A stretch of DNA of 63,915 nt, filler included, from Octopus bimaculoides (GCF_001194135.2; 9 parts of 7 records of this genome joined end to end with filler, not necessarily neighbours in it); one strand, 5' to 3'; shown: positions 24,176-36,692, counted from the whole stretch's first letter. Translations and numbers: made by a program. Notes: generated from the sequence alone by a model not told the origin.

Positions 24176-24747
24176 GAGGGACTGGAATAGGTAAAATCCA
24201 GGTTACATATGTTTCCTAGCTAGCAGATCCTCTGATGTAATTATTACTCAACGAGAGGTACTCAATTATATGAAAGTTACATTGTCGTTTAGGAATCCCA
24301 AGTTAACACGCCGTAGATGTAATTTGAAATGAGTGGCGAAGCCGGAAGAATAGAATAAAAAGATAACTGAAGAAATAAATGGTCAATAAGTAAGAAAAAG
24401 GAAAAGAAGAGGTCAAATATTTGGGAGTGGGAATCATATTAAGATTGTTGAGGATCAAGAAAAGAGAGGCGAAAGAAAGAGTGGGTGAGTAGGTGGGTAG
24501 ATAGTTGCTGACTTTAAGAGAAAAGAAAGATTATTATAAATATTAAGCTGGAGCGACTGAACCATGTCTACAGTAAACGAGTATATTGGTGCACTCAAGC
24601 AAGAACGACAACATAACCTTCATATAATTAAGATATCCACGGCTCGATGAGTAGCTAGTTGAGTACCTGTTGATGAGTAATTATTAAATGAGAAGATCTG
24701 CTAGCAGGAAACATATGTAGCCTGGATTTTACCTGTTCCACTCCCTC
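24176..24747. mobile_element. Foldback/MITE-like element with ~88-bp imperfect terminal inverted repeats
   Basis: gagggactggaataggtaaaatccaggttacatatgtttcc...aggtactcaa vs reverse complement of 24660-24747, roughly 80% identical by eye; no TSD seen. Confidence 0.7.
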
Positions 24748-24986
24748 GGTCTGGATTTTTATTTGTATTCATAGCAACTCTAGTTGCTAACCCTGAAATA
24801 TACAGAAGCATTCAGCGTATTGAGTTTCGTCATAACTTCGATATAGGAAAAAGTGTGTAACCTTCGACACCAATAAAATTTTATTGTTCCTGAACATACA
24901 CTGTCCACTTTTTGTTTTTTATACCTGTCATGGACTGCATGAAGCTTACTAACTTCCACCACTTGGATCCTCGGATGTTATCCTTA

Positions 24987-25209
24987 CAGTAATCCCTCGC
25001 CATATCGCGGTTCACCTATCGCAGTTTATTATTTAAGCTTACGTCGATTCCTTTGCGGTGCTGTTTTCCATTTATAATAAAATAAATATATACAAATTAT
25101 AAAAATGATAATAATAAATATACAGTATCGTATTGTTTCTACTTCGTAGATTTTCACCTATCGCGGGGGTTTTGGAACGTAGCACCCGCGATAATCGAGG
25201 GATTACTCT
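24987..25209 (+). mobile_element. pogo/Tigger-like MITE
   Basis: TA + cagtaatccctcg ... cgagggattact inverted termini; internal repeated tcacctatcgc. Confidence 0.7.
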
Positions 25210-25359
25210 GTGTGCGTGTGTGCGTGTGTGCNNNNNNNNNNNNNNNNNNNNNNNNNNNNNNNNNNNNNNNNNNNNNNNNNNNNNNNNNNNNNNNNNNNNN
25301 NNNNNNNNNNNNNNNNNNNNNNNNNNNNNNNNNNNNNNNNNNNNNNNNNNNNNNNNNNN

Positions 25360-25394
<35 letters not shown>

Positions 25395-25395
<1 letters not shown>

Positions 25396-25530
25396 CAAAT
25401 TCCGCCGAGGTCAACTTTGCCTTTCATCCTTAAGGGGGTCGACAAATTGAGAATCAGTGAAACATTGGGGTCGATGAAATAGACTATACCCCTCCCCCAA
25501 ATTTCAGGCCTTGTGCCTATAGTAGAAATG
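25395..25530 (+). mobile_element. SINE family 2, 3' portion
   Basis: ttcaaattccgccgaggtcaactttgcctttcatcc... Confidence 0.8.
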
Positions 25531-25689
25531 ATTATTTAAATTCTTGTTTTCTTTGATATATTGACAGGAGTGTTTTATGTAAGCATGATTAATCATTGTT
25601 TTTCTATATAACAGTTCGGACGCAATTTGGTTAGCTTACGGTGATAGTGGATACCTGCTGCTGACGAAGCGCAAAGTGCAAACACGCTG

Positions 25690-26460
25690 AAATCGCGTTT
25701 CGTATTCCCCTTAGAGCAGTGACGATCTGACCAATGTGCTTGGTTTCTGACACTATGATGGTGGCGTCGTCCCCATAGTTCCTACACATATCTTCCGTAT
25801 CCTAGTTTGCCTGAATGCCCGTTAAAGTCTCTAGTTTCCACAGTAGTGACTGTAAGAGCAACATATACACAAGAAGGAAGGGACAATCTTGATGGGCAGA
25901 GAGCATGATGCAGAAAGCTGATATCATTGTACATTGTAGCGACCCAGACACTGTAAATGAGACTGTAACTATCATTCGCTGTGTATAGATGGTCGATCCT
26001 ATTGAAACCTTTTGATGTATCTACATTGATCAAAGCCTTCCTAATACTTGGCTCCTTATGATGTATCGCATGAGGTGAAGGTTGTTTTGTTCGGGATGGC
26101 ACATGTTTGCGCATCTCCAATCAGACTACTGAAGACAATCGCCAACCTCTTTGCTTACACCTTGGTAAGAAACGTAGCAGACCTTAAGAGAGTTACGGTC
26201 CAAAGGTTATTAATGTGGTCCCTCTTTGTTCTCAGCAGCGCAACTACATGGGGATTTCTCCGTTCTGCTGTCATTTGCAGCAGCAATCTGCCAAGAGGTC
26301 GCCGAGCAAGCCTGGCATATAAAAGTAAAGCTCATAGGGCAGGCTACCCAAATCCGGCGATTTTCTTCCCTTGCAACTAGCCAATTCATCCTACATATCT
26401 GTGGCTGTTATCGGCCTTTCACAAAACTTTGCCTCCTTTACCGAGAGTGGTGGAGGCGGT
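25690..26460 (-). pseudogene. Tx1/L1-clade LINE reverse-transcriptase remnant
   Basis: ERPITATDM.DELASCKGRKSPDLGSLPYELY (cf. KSPGLDGLPYE), ALINVDTSKGFNRIDH (cf. LDQSKAFDRVDH), YGDDATIIVS (cf. YADD); many stops/frameshifts. Confidence 0.8.
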
Positions 26461-28123
26461 AGGGATAGTTAATGAAATAGCATGGTTAGAATAGGCGACT
26501 ATTCGATTTTACGTCTGTATAAATTGCCATTTTCCCGTTGTCGAGGAAGGAAAAACAACGAAGTGCAGAAAGTAGCAGTTTGCCATATTTTATAGTAACT
26601 TTCTAAATGTTTTAAGGCTTTAAATTGACAATAAGCGAGAAACATTTTTCCAGTACACATGCATATTTATACAATATTGCATGGCCGTTGGTAATTCTGA
26701 GTTCATCCACCCTTTGACAGACATTGTTTTTCATCTTGCATGATGTCAATATGTCACCCTCCTCAACAAGCAAGTTGATGGGTTGAAAACCCAGGTTTAT
26801 CTCCCGTGTACCTTCTCTATGTCCCTTTGATTTTCTCCCTTTCTTGTTCTCCCCCTAATTCTTCAATCCCTATGTAAACCCCCAGAGAGATTAGTGAAGC
26901 TGCTTTTTATTTTCGCGAGGGTATACAAGCCAACTAAATCCGTAACCTGTGCTGAGACTGATGAGCCCATCGTTATATCGAAGAGGCCCGTGGCATCAGT
27001 CCTTAACCAATTTTAATCATTGCAATTGATCAAGGCAGTCAATGATACCTATGTTCGACTTAGGAATGTCTGTAAACTTAAAAGACGAATATTAATGCTC
27101 TATTAAGTAAAATAGGGGCGATCGACGCATAGTAATTCGAAATATCGAACTGTATAAATCTAGTGGATTTTTTATCCTTAAGGGAATGGAACCAAGAGAT
27201 CACATCTCCGTAGATGGAACACCCTCCAATTTTGGGATCCTATTTTATTTATGTTTTTCTTAACCTTGATATCTAGCATTATTTCTATCTTATATTCTAT
27301 ATGTATAAGTGACCTTTGGACGATTTAGGCGGTTTGCCATTTTAAAAATTGACGTTTTTATTCCTATCTTTATCAACCTCTCATTCGTTTTGCACCTCCT
27401 ATATTTATCACGCATAACTCCTTACATGTAAATTTTAGTTGTATGTAATTTTATATGTATTTCCGTATATTTTTATATTTCTTCTATATTTTTATGTATG
27501 TTTGGTTTTCTTTTTAATGCCCTTGGAGAATTTTCACGCCTGTACATGCACGCTTTATGTTGATGTGTATAAATATATATGATTCAGCTACTTTGATCAA
27601 ATGTTTTCATTTATGCGTTCGGGAACCTGTTTGACTCTCTATAATTTGCGTTTCCAATTCTCTCTACTCTGTATTTTTCACATTGGCTCTTTATGAGCAN
27701 NNNNNNNNNNNNNNNNNNNNNNNNNNNNNNNNNNNNNNNNNNNNNNNNNNNNNNNNNNNNNNNNNNNNNNNNNNNNNNNNNNNNNNNNNNNNNNNNNNNN
27801 NNNNNNNNNNNNNNNNNNNNNNNNNNNNNNNNNNNNNNNNNNNNNNNNNNNNNNNNNNNNNNNNNNNNNNNNNNNNNNNNNNNNNNNNNNNNNNNNNNNN
27901 NNNNNNNNNNNNNNNNNNNNNNNNNNNNNNNNNNNNNNNNNNNNNNNNNNNNNNNNNNNNNNNNNNNNNNNNNNNNNNNNNNNNNNNNNNNNNNNNNNNN
28001 NNNNNNNNNNNNNNNNNNNNNNNNNNNNNNNNNNNNNNNNNNNNNNNNNNNNNNNNNNNNNNNNNNNNNNNNNNNNNNNNNNNNNNNNNNNNNNNNNNNN
28101 NNNNNNNNNNNNNNNNNNNNNNN

Positions 28124-28154
<31 letters not shown>

Positions 28155-28382
28155 CATATATGTATATACATATATTTTTAAGTACATTATTATGAAATAT
28201 AATTATAATTAAGGGCTCGGGAATGCCAAGGCCTATATGCTAAAAGAAAAGTAGATGTCAAGTACCTACAATCCACTCTAAATTTGTTCTCTATTTAAAA
28301 CCCCAGGTCGAATGCGAGGTAATAAAAATTAATTTTACCGACACGGTCATTTTTTATACTATAGACAATATAATCATTTTAA

Positions 28383-29990
28383 CTAGCTAGACCCGTGAAA
28401 AAATTCGCGGATAATTTAAACATCGTCTAATGAATAGTTGTCATTTAATCAAAATTGTTTAATTTGCACTATTTTAGTTAATGAGATAATTTATTATCCT
28501 TTATGTTTTATTTATTAACAATATAAGTATATATTAAGTTATTGTGTAAAAGTATATGTTAAATACATCAGTTACAGCACTTCCCTATATTCAATGTTTC
28601 TAGTGTGGGGGATTCCCCTTTTGCAACCATGAGTGGATTCGTTTTGAAGTATCACTTTAACCCTCACACTGTTCATCGCCCTTGCTCTTGAAAAAGCTAC
28701 GTAAAGCTGGTATTTAGAGAAGCATGGCTGTGGCAAGTGTATACCAACTCTATCGAATGTTTGCCACATGTGCTTTATTGATTGTCATAGAATAGGACAG
28801 ACGAACCGGGAACTGGATCCGATGCAGAACGAATGGAATGTGTGTATCGCTTGGAGTTAGTTTGATTCTTGGAATCAGTACTCTCGTGTGAGAATGAGAT
28901 CCACTTATAATTGACGCTTCGATGTTATGCTAAGTACTTCCAAGCGAGTTGCATAGACCTTGTGTTATAGAGAGGTTTCTAAGAAGCATAATAATTGCTT
29001 TTAAGTTAAGGCGATGGGGAGGCACTCCAGAAGAGGTAAGAGAGTTTATAAACTCCATGGGATAATTCTAGGCTTCTTCATTATCAGAAGTTACTGAGTC
29101 GGTGTTTAGATATGTATTAGTTTCAGTGGGCAATCTACTTAGAATTTCTTCATTTACTGCTAAGAAGTCCGAATTTTTAGGGGATAAGATCACTGTATTT
29201 TTCATTTCTTCTGCAGTACAATTGTCAAATACATCAGATACCAAAGTATTGTTACATATGCATGCCTCAGGAATATCAATAGTACCTTCTGCGAGATTAT
29301 CAATAGAGCTTTGAAGAAATCCATTTCCAAGTTGTAGTAGCCACCTCGAAAATTCTTGCTTATTTGCATTTGTTCTCATATTTTGCGTAAGTTGCGTTTG
29401 ATGAAAATTATCCCACATAGAGGAGCGTTTGAAGCAGGCACCAAAGGAGGAGCTCTGGAAGAACTTGTCTAAAATCTCCTCCTAGTACGATAATTTTCCC
29501 AATAAATATGCTATTATTATTCATAATATCTCTTAAACGATTATCTATAGCTTTCAAAGCACAAACTGGTATCACTGAAGCTTCGTCAACAGTGAAGACT
29601 TTTACTCGCCTAAGAATGTTTCCTTGATCAGAATTTTGTAGAACATTGCACACACTTGTTTCACACAAAGGAACTAGAAGCTTGAATATACTGTGAAGAG
29701 TTTTACCACCTTTCAAGAGTGTTGCAGCAATGCCAGCCCAAGCAGATGTACTTACTGTTATATTGTTAGCAGCAAGGTGATCGTAAATCATAATGAACAA
29801 AAAAGTTTTTCCTGATCCTCCTGGCGCGTCCAAATAAAACAATCTATTATTAATTTTTTCTCCTATGCAGCATCAATCACGCAATTAAATGCTTTTCTTT
29901 GTTCAATGTTCAATAAATTTGGATTTACGATTTGTTGTTCTGTATTATTTTCATTTCTTGGGGGCCCTCCCACTGGTTTGGGAAGGACCA
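28383..29990 (-). mobile_element. Helitron remnant: PIF1-type helicase C-terminal region plus 3' terminus
   Basis: LDAPGGSGKT, TVDEAS, LGGDFRQVLP, LTQNMR, GMPPHRLNLK, QTFDRVGI, QLYVAFSR, NIEYREVL-stop; 3' end: hairpin ccgcgaa/ttcacgg (28393-28410) followed by CTAG|T at 28383. Confidence 0.92.
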
Positions 29991-30124
29991 ACATGCTACG
30001 ATGCATGCCATTTTCTCCAAATATGAAAGAAAGAAAGAAACAAAGAAACAAAGAAACAAAGAAAGAAAGTGAGAGAGAAACAGAGAGAGGGAGGGGCAGA
30101 CAGACATTTCTTAATAATATAGGT

Positions 30125-30247
30125 AGGCGCAGGAGTGGCTGTGTGGTAAGTAGCTTGCTTACCAACCACATAGTTCCGGGTTCAGTCCCACTGCGTGGCA
30201 CCTTGGGCAAGTGTCTTCTACTATAGCCTCGGGCCGACCAAAGCCTT
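30125..30247 (+). mobile_element. SINE family 1, near-consensus head truncated by scaffold end
   Basis: ggcgcaggagtggctgtgtggtaagtagcttgcttaccaaccacatagttccgggttcagtcccactgcgtggcaccttgggcaagtgtctt. Confidence 0.9.
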
Positions 30248-30347
30248 NNNNNNNNNNNNNNNNNNNNNNNNNNNNNNNNNNNNNNNNNNNNTTAATTAAT
30301 TAANNNNNNNNNNNNNNNNNNNNNNNNNNNNNNNNNNNNNNNNNNNN
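30248..30347. other. Artificial scaffold spacer
   Basis: 44 N + TTAATTAATTAA (30292-30303) + 44 N. Confidence 0.95.
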
Positions 30348-30401
<54 letters not shown>

Positions 30402-30691
30402 CATATATATGCGTCTATTTACTCTTTAGCGTTTCCATATGTTCCATTAATTCCCCGTTGTCCCTCGAGATGAGAAATGTGAAACTCGGAGTAATTATTT
30501 ACTCCTGCGTACTCCCTTCCCCCCTTCACATATGCGCGTGCACACATATACACATACACACATATACATATCCATACGTATATGTATATATGTATGTATG
30601 TATATATGCATATTATATATATTTATATATGTATGCATATGTATGTATGTTTGTATGTATGTGTGTTTAAATATATATATGTGTGTGTGCG

Positions 30692-30728
<37 letters not shown>

Positions 30729-30836
30729 GATTCAAATATGAACAAACAAGAAAAAAACATGAAAAAACAACAACGCGAGAACGTGGAATAAGTACAGTGT
30801 TATTGGACGCTCAGGAACGGAAAGAAAAGAAAGAGG

Positions 30837-30871
30837 ATTTAACGTTTCGAACGGAGCTCTTCGTCAGAAAT
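30837..30871 (-). ncRNA. Minimal hammerhead-like motif with canonical core
   Basis: attt CTGACGA a gagc tcc gttc GAAA cg TT aaat: stem I attt/aaat covaries with cttt/aaag of other copies. Confidence 0.6.
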
Positions 30872-31149
30872 ATAGGAAAAGTCCAAAGAAGGGAAGACAG
30901 AGAAAAAAAATCGCCAACGATGCACACACGGTCACACGCACACGCACTCACATATATATACACAAGAGTTCAATAACCCACTCACTGGATCTAGCGAACA
31001 TACGCATCTAAATATCACCAAAGGAGATGTAAACTGCAAGGAAAAGCATGAAATACGGCCAAATTGTAACAGTATAGATGCTTATGAAATGGCTAACACA
31101 TTAACGACGTCGGTAAATGAATTCAGAACTGCCATATACACAAATAAAT

Positions 31150-31560
31150 ATGATAAAGGTTCATGCGGAGAAAAATCAAAATGTCCATTCATGAATCTCT
31201 CTTTGAGTACAAATCTTTTATATAAATGCACTGTGCGCACAAGGGGTGGGCCGTATGTTTAAATTGAGCAGACGGCAGATTCATTTAAGAATCGTTATCG
31301 CAACCATGTTGTCAGCATTAATAGAATCAAAATGAGACATTCAGCATCTTTGGCTGATTTTGTGTGCCGACTGAAGGAAGATAAAATTAATTTGCAAGGC
31401 ATGCAAAACCATACAATATCATTTCCAGGCGATGCCGAGTCTGCTTTGAGGAATCCCTGTCTATTCTGTGGACCAATGAGAATATCATTAACAGAATTTC
31501 TGAAAGACTCTCAACATGCCTACACGCAAATAAATGTACTTTCACACCATCCAGTGGGAA
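31150..31560 (+). pseudogene. Penelope-like element GIY-YIG endonuclease remnant (third family, CxC...CP...C type)
   Basis: SCGEKSKCPF...YKCTV...IEQTADSFKNRYRNH...SLADFVCRLK and, in another frame, NIINRISERLSTCLHANK (cf. LLNKRSELISKCRH). Confidence 0.65.
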
Positions 31561-32094
31561 TGAATTTGAGTAATTAACATAATTTACTTTAAGGTATGGA
31601 TTAGTTAAGTTTACCTTTAACCTCCCCATTCTTATAAACACCATGTAGCTATTTAACTCGCTTTTTGATCGAGAGTGCACGAAACCACACGTATGCTTAC
31701 ATTTTCGCGGATGCTTGTATGAGTATACGCGCCACACAGCCTGCGCCATATCTGTTAACAGTTATTTTTAGTACTTTCCTCGCTGTATTGCGTGTTTGTT
31801 CTTTATTGTTTTTTTCTTTTTGCATCTGTGATTTTATTTTTGATCTTCTATGTAAATGAAGATATTTCCTTCGTTTTGTTACTTTTCTTTCTACGAAATG
31901 AGAAGTTAGGTTGCGGAACTGTTATTTTATCGAGTTGCATCTCTTTATCTCCCGATGAGACACATCTGCACCACAGTATGCACCTGAACCAGTTGTTAAT
32001 AGTGTCCCACCTGTGAAGAATCGATGCTAGATGTGTGGAAACAGTTGTTGGGATAAATAAAATTTGTCGTATATTCCATCTTCCATCTTTTGTT

Positions 32095-32125
<31 letters not shown>

Positions 32126-32824
32126 NNNNNNNNNNNNNNNNNNNNNNNNNNNNNNNNNNNNNNNNNNNNNNNNNNNNNNNNNNNNNNNNNNNNNNNNNNN
32201 NNNNNNNNNNNNNNNNNNNNNNNNNNNNNNNNNNNNNNNNNNNNNNNNNNTATATATATATATATATATATATATTTATTTATTTATTTATATAATAATA
32301 ATAATATATACATACATACATATATGTATATATATAGATATAGATATATACATATATATATATGTATGCATGTATATATGCCTAAATACATGAGTGTGCG
32401 GGTGTGTGTACGTTAAAGTTATATATATTTATATGTGTGTGTGTACGTGTGTGTAACATACATGTATATATGTATACCTGTATATATATCGACTTATATA
32501 CATGTATAGCTATGTATATATGTATATCTATATCAATCTATATATTATCAACATCATTATTGTTATTATTTTGTTCGTGGTGAAGGCTTTGATTGTGAGA
32601 CTGATAAGAATTTCACATCAATTAGAAATAGGTGCCTGTGTAAAGTATACATATATACACATATATACACATATATACGCACTAATATGTATATTTGCGT
32701 ATGTAGACACCTCAAAATACGCATCTCAAACAGAATTACATTAAACGAAGACTTTCACGTGTACAATGTATATGATGAACACACTCACACACGCACACAT
32801 ATATTTATATATATATATATATAT

Positions 32825-32924
32825 NNNNNNNNNNNNNNNNNNNNNNNNNNNNNNNNNNNNNNNNNNNNTTAATTAATTAANNNNNNNNNNNNNNNNNNNN
32901 NNNNNNNNNNNNNNNNNNNNNNNN
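32825..32924. other. Artificial scaffold spacer
   Basis: 44 N + TTAATTAATTAA (32869-32880) + 44 N. Confidence 0.95.
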
Positions 32925-32980
32925 TGAGATACAAATAGCAATTGAAATTTCTAGGGAACTCATTTTTAAGGGTAATTACA

Positions 32981-33158
32981 TACTAAAAAGTTCCTGGTTG
33001 GAAGCCCAACATTGCGACTTCTTTTTCAGGGCTCAGAAAAACTGATGGACCGCTGCGATAAATGTGAGCATCTGAAAGGGGAATATGTTGAATAAAATCA
33101 TAATTAACTGATTTTCCTGTATTTTTTTTACCCAAAGCCAGGAACTTTTCAGCACCTC

Positions 33159-33164
<6 letters not shown>
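32981..33164 (+). mobile_element. Mariner-derived MITE (copy 1)
   Basis: Termini ctaaaaagttcctgg / ccaggaacttttcagcacctcctcgta; internal remnant KLMDRCDKCEHLKGEYVE-stop resembling a mariner C-terminus. Confidence 0.75.
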
Positions 33165-33215
<51 letters not shown>

Positions 33216-33216
<1 letters not shown>

Positions 33217-33383
33217 TGTGAGTACTGAAAAGTTCCTGGCTTTAAGGGCATTGCGAAAGGCCTGGGTGGGGAAAAACTGAAGGGCCCCTGCAATAAGTGT
33301 ATGAACATGAGAAGGGAATATGTTGGATAAAATCTTGATTAACTGATTCTCCTGTATTTTCTTTTACTCAAATCCAGAAACTT
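33216..33383 (+). mobile_element. Mariner-derived MITE (copy 2, tandem)
   Basis: gtactgaaaagttcctggctttaag...gggaatatgttggataaaatc...ccagaaactt homologous to copy 1. Confidence 0.7.
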
Positions 33384-33784
33384 AACCCCTAGTATCAAAG
33401 CAGAAGACCGGAAAAAAAATTTGGAATATTTTTAATTCCATGTTACGCGTGTTTCAATTCCGGTATCATTCAGTTTAAATCTGCATTGTTTTAAAACCTT
33501 TCTCTGAAGAATTACGGATAGGAGAATCTATACATTTTTTTCTACATGTTTATCCTTGTAACTCCTATCCTATTCTATCACTCTATTTTGCCAAACCGCT
33601 AAGTTACGGTGACGTAAACACGCCAGCACTGGTTGTCAAGCGACGGTGGAGGACAAACGTGGACACAAAGACACACACACACGCACACACACACACACAC
33701 GCGCGCGCGCATACACACGCACACACAACAAATGCACACACATATATATATACATACACACATACATACATATATGTGTGTATG

Positions 33785-33980
33785 TGTGTCTTTCTGTTTG
33801 ACGACCGATGTTGTTTTATTTACGTCTCCATCACTTTGCGGTTTGGCAAAAACAGACCGTTAGAATAAGGACCAAATTTGTAAGGGAATACTGAGGTCAA
33901 TTTGTTCGAATAAAACTCTTCAAGTCGATGCCCCAGCTTGGCCGCAGTCGAACTGACTGAAGCAAGTAATAAAAAAATAG
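33785..33980 (+). mobile_element. SINE family 1, 3' half (an inverted 3'-half copy lies at about 33560-33670)
   Basis: tttacgtctcc...ttggcaaaa...gaccg...gaataag...gccgcagtc. Confidence 0.7.
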
Positions 33981-34429
33981 TTTCTAATTTCGGCTCAAGG
34001 CCAGCAATTTCGAGGAGAGTGGAGGAAGTAGTCGTAGAGATCGATCCATGTAGTAGACTGGTACTTTATGTTATCGTCCCTCGTAAGGATAAAAAACATG
34101 ACTAACCTCAGTGAGATTCGAACCTAATGCATAAAGAAAGTCTAACACCGTAACGAGTTTGTTAGCCTACAGCCTTAGTAGTATTTTATTTTAATAAATT
34201 GTATTGTTGGCCTCGTCTGCTAGTTTCAAAAGAAAATTCGGTATGGAGTTCTGTAAGTAGAGAATATGACGAGACGTGAATACGTAAATAACTTGCATAT
34301 TGCAGTCACTCGAAACGAAAAACTCGGTGATCCATTCACAAACATGTGTTAATAATAAACAATCTGGAGGGGGAAAAAAACTAGACAGACAAAATACATT
34401 TAGCGCTTAGCGAGCAGAATTCACTTGCT

Positions 34430-35230
34430 TTTTTAGTAGAGACAAGTTTCGAAAAGGTGATATTTTGAAAAGATGAATTAGAATCACAAACATTGAGGTG
34501 GGGGATGCAAGACAGGGTTTTGCGTGATGACAATAAAAGAGAGATTTCTGAAAACAGGGTAACTAACTACTTCGCTTTTGTGGCGTTGATTTTGATGAAA
34601 AATTGCGGAAACTATTGAAAAGAACTGTTGCTGTTTTTAAAGCATGGTAAAAAATAGTGGAAAACGATCCACTTTTAGTCAATTAGTACCGGTTTTTGTA
34701 GCAAATTATGAAAGAGATTACGGAATTGCCTACACGTCGAATTGTATTAATATATACGTCGCCATTTTAATGGACGAAAATTCTGACGTAAGTTGTTCGT
34801 CTGCACAAATTTATGAAATGTTTCTTGGATTTGCTGACGTTAATGAAGCTAGAAAAAGAAATGATCAGGCTGTTTCGGATTTAGCGATAAAAAAAAAAAG
34901 AGAAATCTTGATGAGTTTAGTCTGTTTTAGAAAATTAGTTGTTCAAACGTACGATTGTGCTGCTGACATAGCAAGCAAACTAAATGGTAGTCAGGTAAAA
35001 ATGAAAGAGAGAGAGAGAAAGAGTCTATCTGCAGTGTTATGCTCATAATCTTGTTATAATGCCAGCTATTTCTCACATTCCTGAATGCAACACATTTTTC
35101 TCGGTGTTTGGTACAATATACATCGTCGCTTTTAGCTACTCCGCGAAACGAGCTTCAATGCTCGACGTTATTGTGAGAGAAAGTTTTCCAATGCTTGTTG
35201 TATGGACAAAGATATTTTGGCGCTACTTTA
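34430..35230 (+). pseudogene. hAT transposase remnant, Tip100/ZMYM1-like
   Basis: VAILMDENSDVS, EMFLGF, QTYDCAADIASKLNG (cf. YDGAANMSGKxNG), CNTFF...SYSAKR; stops and frameshifts. Confidence 0.65.
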
Positions 35231-35339
35231 GCGTCCGGTCTATCTTGCCATTTACACTTTAGTATGCTGTCTACTTGGTTATTTACACTTTGGCGTGCAG
35301 CCTACCCCTACACCAAACTCATCTCTTAACTGTACCATG

Positions 35340-35980
35340 CTTTGTTCTTTTTATCTATCTAATACTTTCCTGGTCATTCTGGTCGAGTCAAAGAGGCAAA
35401 CCTTTTGTAACAGTTCTACTGGGCACTCAATTCCGGTTTCCCTTATATTCCTGGCAGGATTTATACGGGTAACAGGTTACTGTCTGCAACTTTAGGTATC
35501 CACTAGCTTTCAATAGTCTTTCAAGTGCTTAGAACCCTCCTGACAATCTTTCCTGTTCTTAAGAAGCAAACTTTCTTCTGAAGGCGGTGAGCTGGCAGAA
35601 ACGTTAGCACGCCGGGCGAAGTGCTTAGCGGGATTTCGTCTGCCGTTACGTTCTGAGTTCAAATTCCGCCGAAGTCGACTTTACCTTTCATCCTTTCGTG
35701 GTCGATAAATAAAGTACCAGTTACGCGCTGGGATCGATGTAATCGACTTAATCCTTTTGTCTGTCCTTGTTTGTCCCCTCTATGTTTAGCCCCTTCTGGG
35801 CAATAAAGAAATAGGAAGCAAACTTTCTGTAGAGGCTCTGCAGGACATTCGCTTCTTGTCCGTTTGAATAGGAAAGTCTTAGAAAATCTTACAAATTCTT
35901 CGACTCTAGCATTCTTTCGACCCGATGTTCATTCCATGTGTTTCCAGCTTCAAATCCCCATTTTTGGCAAATCTTCCAGT
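35340..35980 (-). pseudogene. R4/Dong-like (restriction-like endonuclease) LINE C-terminal remnant, interrupted by a SINE
   Basis: GFEAGNTWNEHRVERMLES..KI..DFPIQTDK and LQKVC.LRTGKIVRRVLST-stop; a second QKVCLFDSTRMTRKVLDR-stop follows. Confidence 0.6.
35577..35814 (+). mobile_element. SINE family 2, full length with 14-bp TSD
   Basis: A-box gagctggcagaaacg, B-box gagttcaaattcc; TSD gaagcaaactttct at 35563-35576 and 35815-35828. Confidence 0.92.
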
Positions 35981-36342
35981 GTAAGAGTGGCTGTGTGGTA
36001 AGTAGCTTGCTTACCAATCACATGGTTCCGGGTTCAGTCCCACTGTGTGGCATCTTGGGTAATTGTCTTCTACTATAACCTCGAGCCGACAAAAGCCTTG
36101 TGAGTGGATTTGGTAGACGGAAACTGAAAGAAGCCTGTCGTGTATATGTATATATATGTGTGTGTGTGTTTGTGTGTCTGTATTACTGCGTTTACGTCCC
36201 CGTAACTTAGCGATTTGGCAAAAGACACCGATAGAATAAGTACTAGGCTTACAAAGAATAAATGCTGGGATCGATTCGTTCCACTAGAGGCGGTGCTCCA
36301 GCATGGTTGCACTCACATGACTGAAAAAAGTAAAACAATAGA
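35978..36342 (+). mobile_element. SINE family 1, full length
   Basis: Head, CORE-like segment, short internal microsatellite, 3' half. Confidence 0.9.
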
Positions 36343-36692
36343 AAACTATGCCATTTTAATCCAGGGCAACGCCAGGTGTCTCTGCTAGTAAATATATATA
36401 TGTACAGTTAGAATTCTTCCGGTTGTGAAGTTATTTGTCAATGTACACTTACCTGCCGCCCCCCCCCCGACACCCCAGAGTCATCCATCTTCAACACCAC
36501 CGCAGTGGCTGCCACCACCGCCGTCACCGCCGCCGCCACCACCACCAAGAGTGCCGCTAGACAATGTAGGATGGTCACGGCTGGAACAGCATTGTTTCTC
36601 ATTCGTGATAGGTCTGCTTGAATGAAAAGCTGACATGGAACCAAATGGACAACATTTAACCAACCGCTACTACCACCACAACATATAAACCC

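Noticed and set aside
24668-24722. TTGATGAG...GAAACATATGTA in the foldback TIR as a hammerhead
   Set aside because: Stem III palindrome fits, but stems I and II do not pair and the opposite TIR lacks the core
26956-27001. CTGATGA within an 8-bp hairpin as a hammerhead
   Set aside because: No GAAA/stem III; the CTGATG pairs with a downstream CATCAG instead
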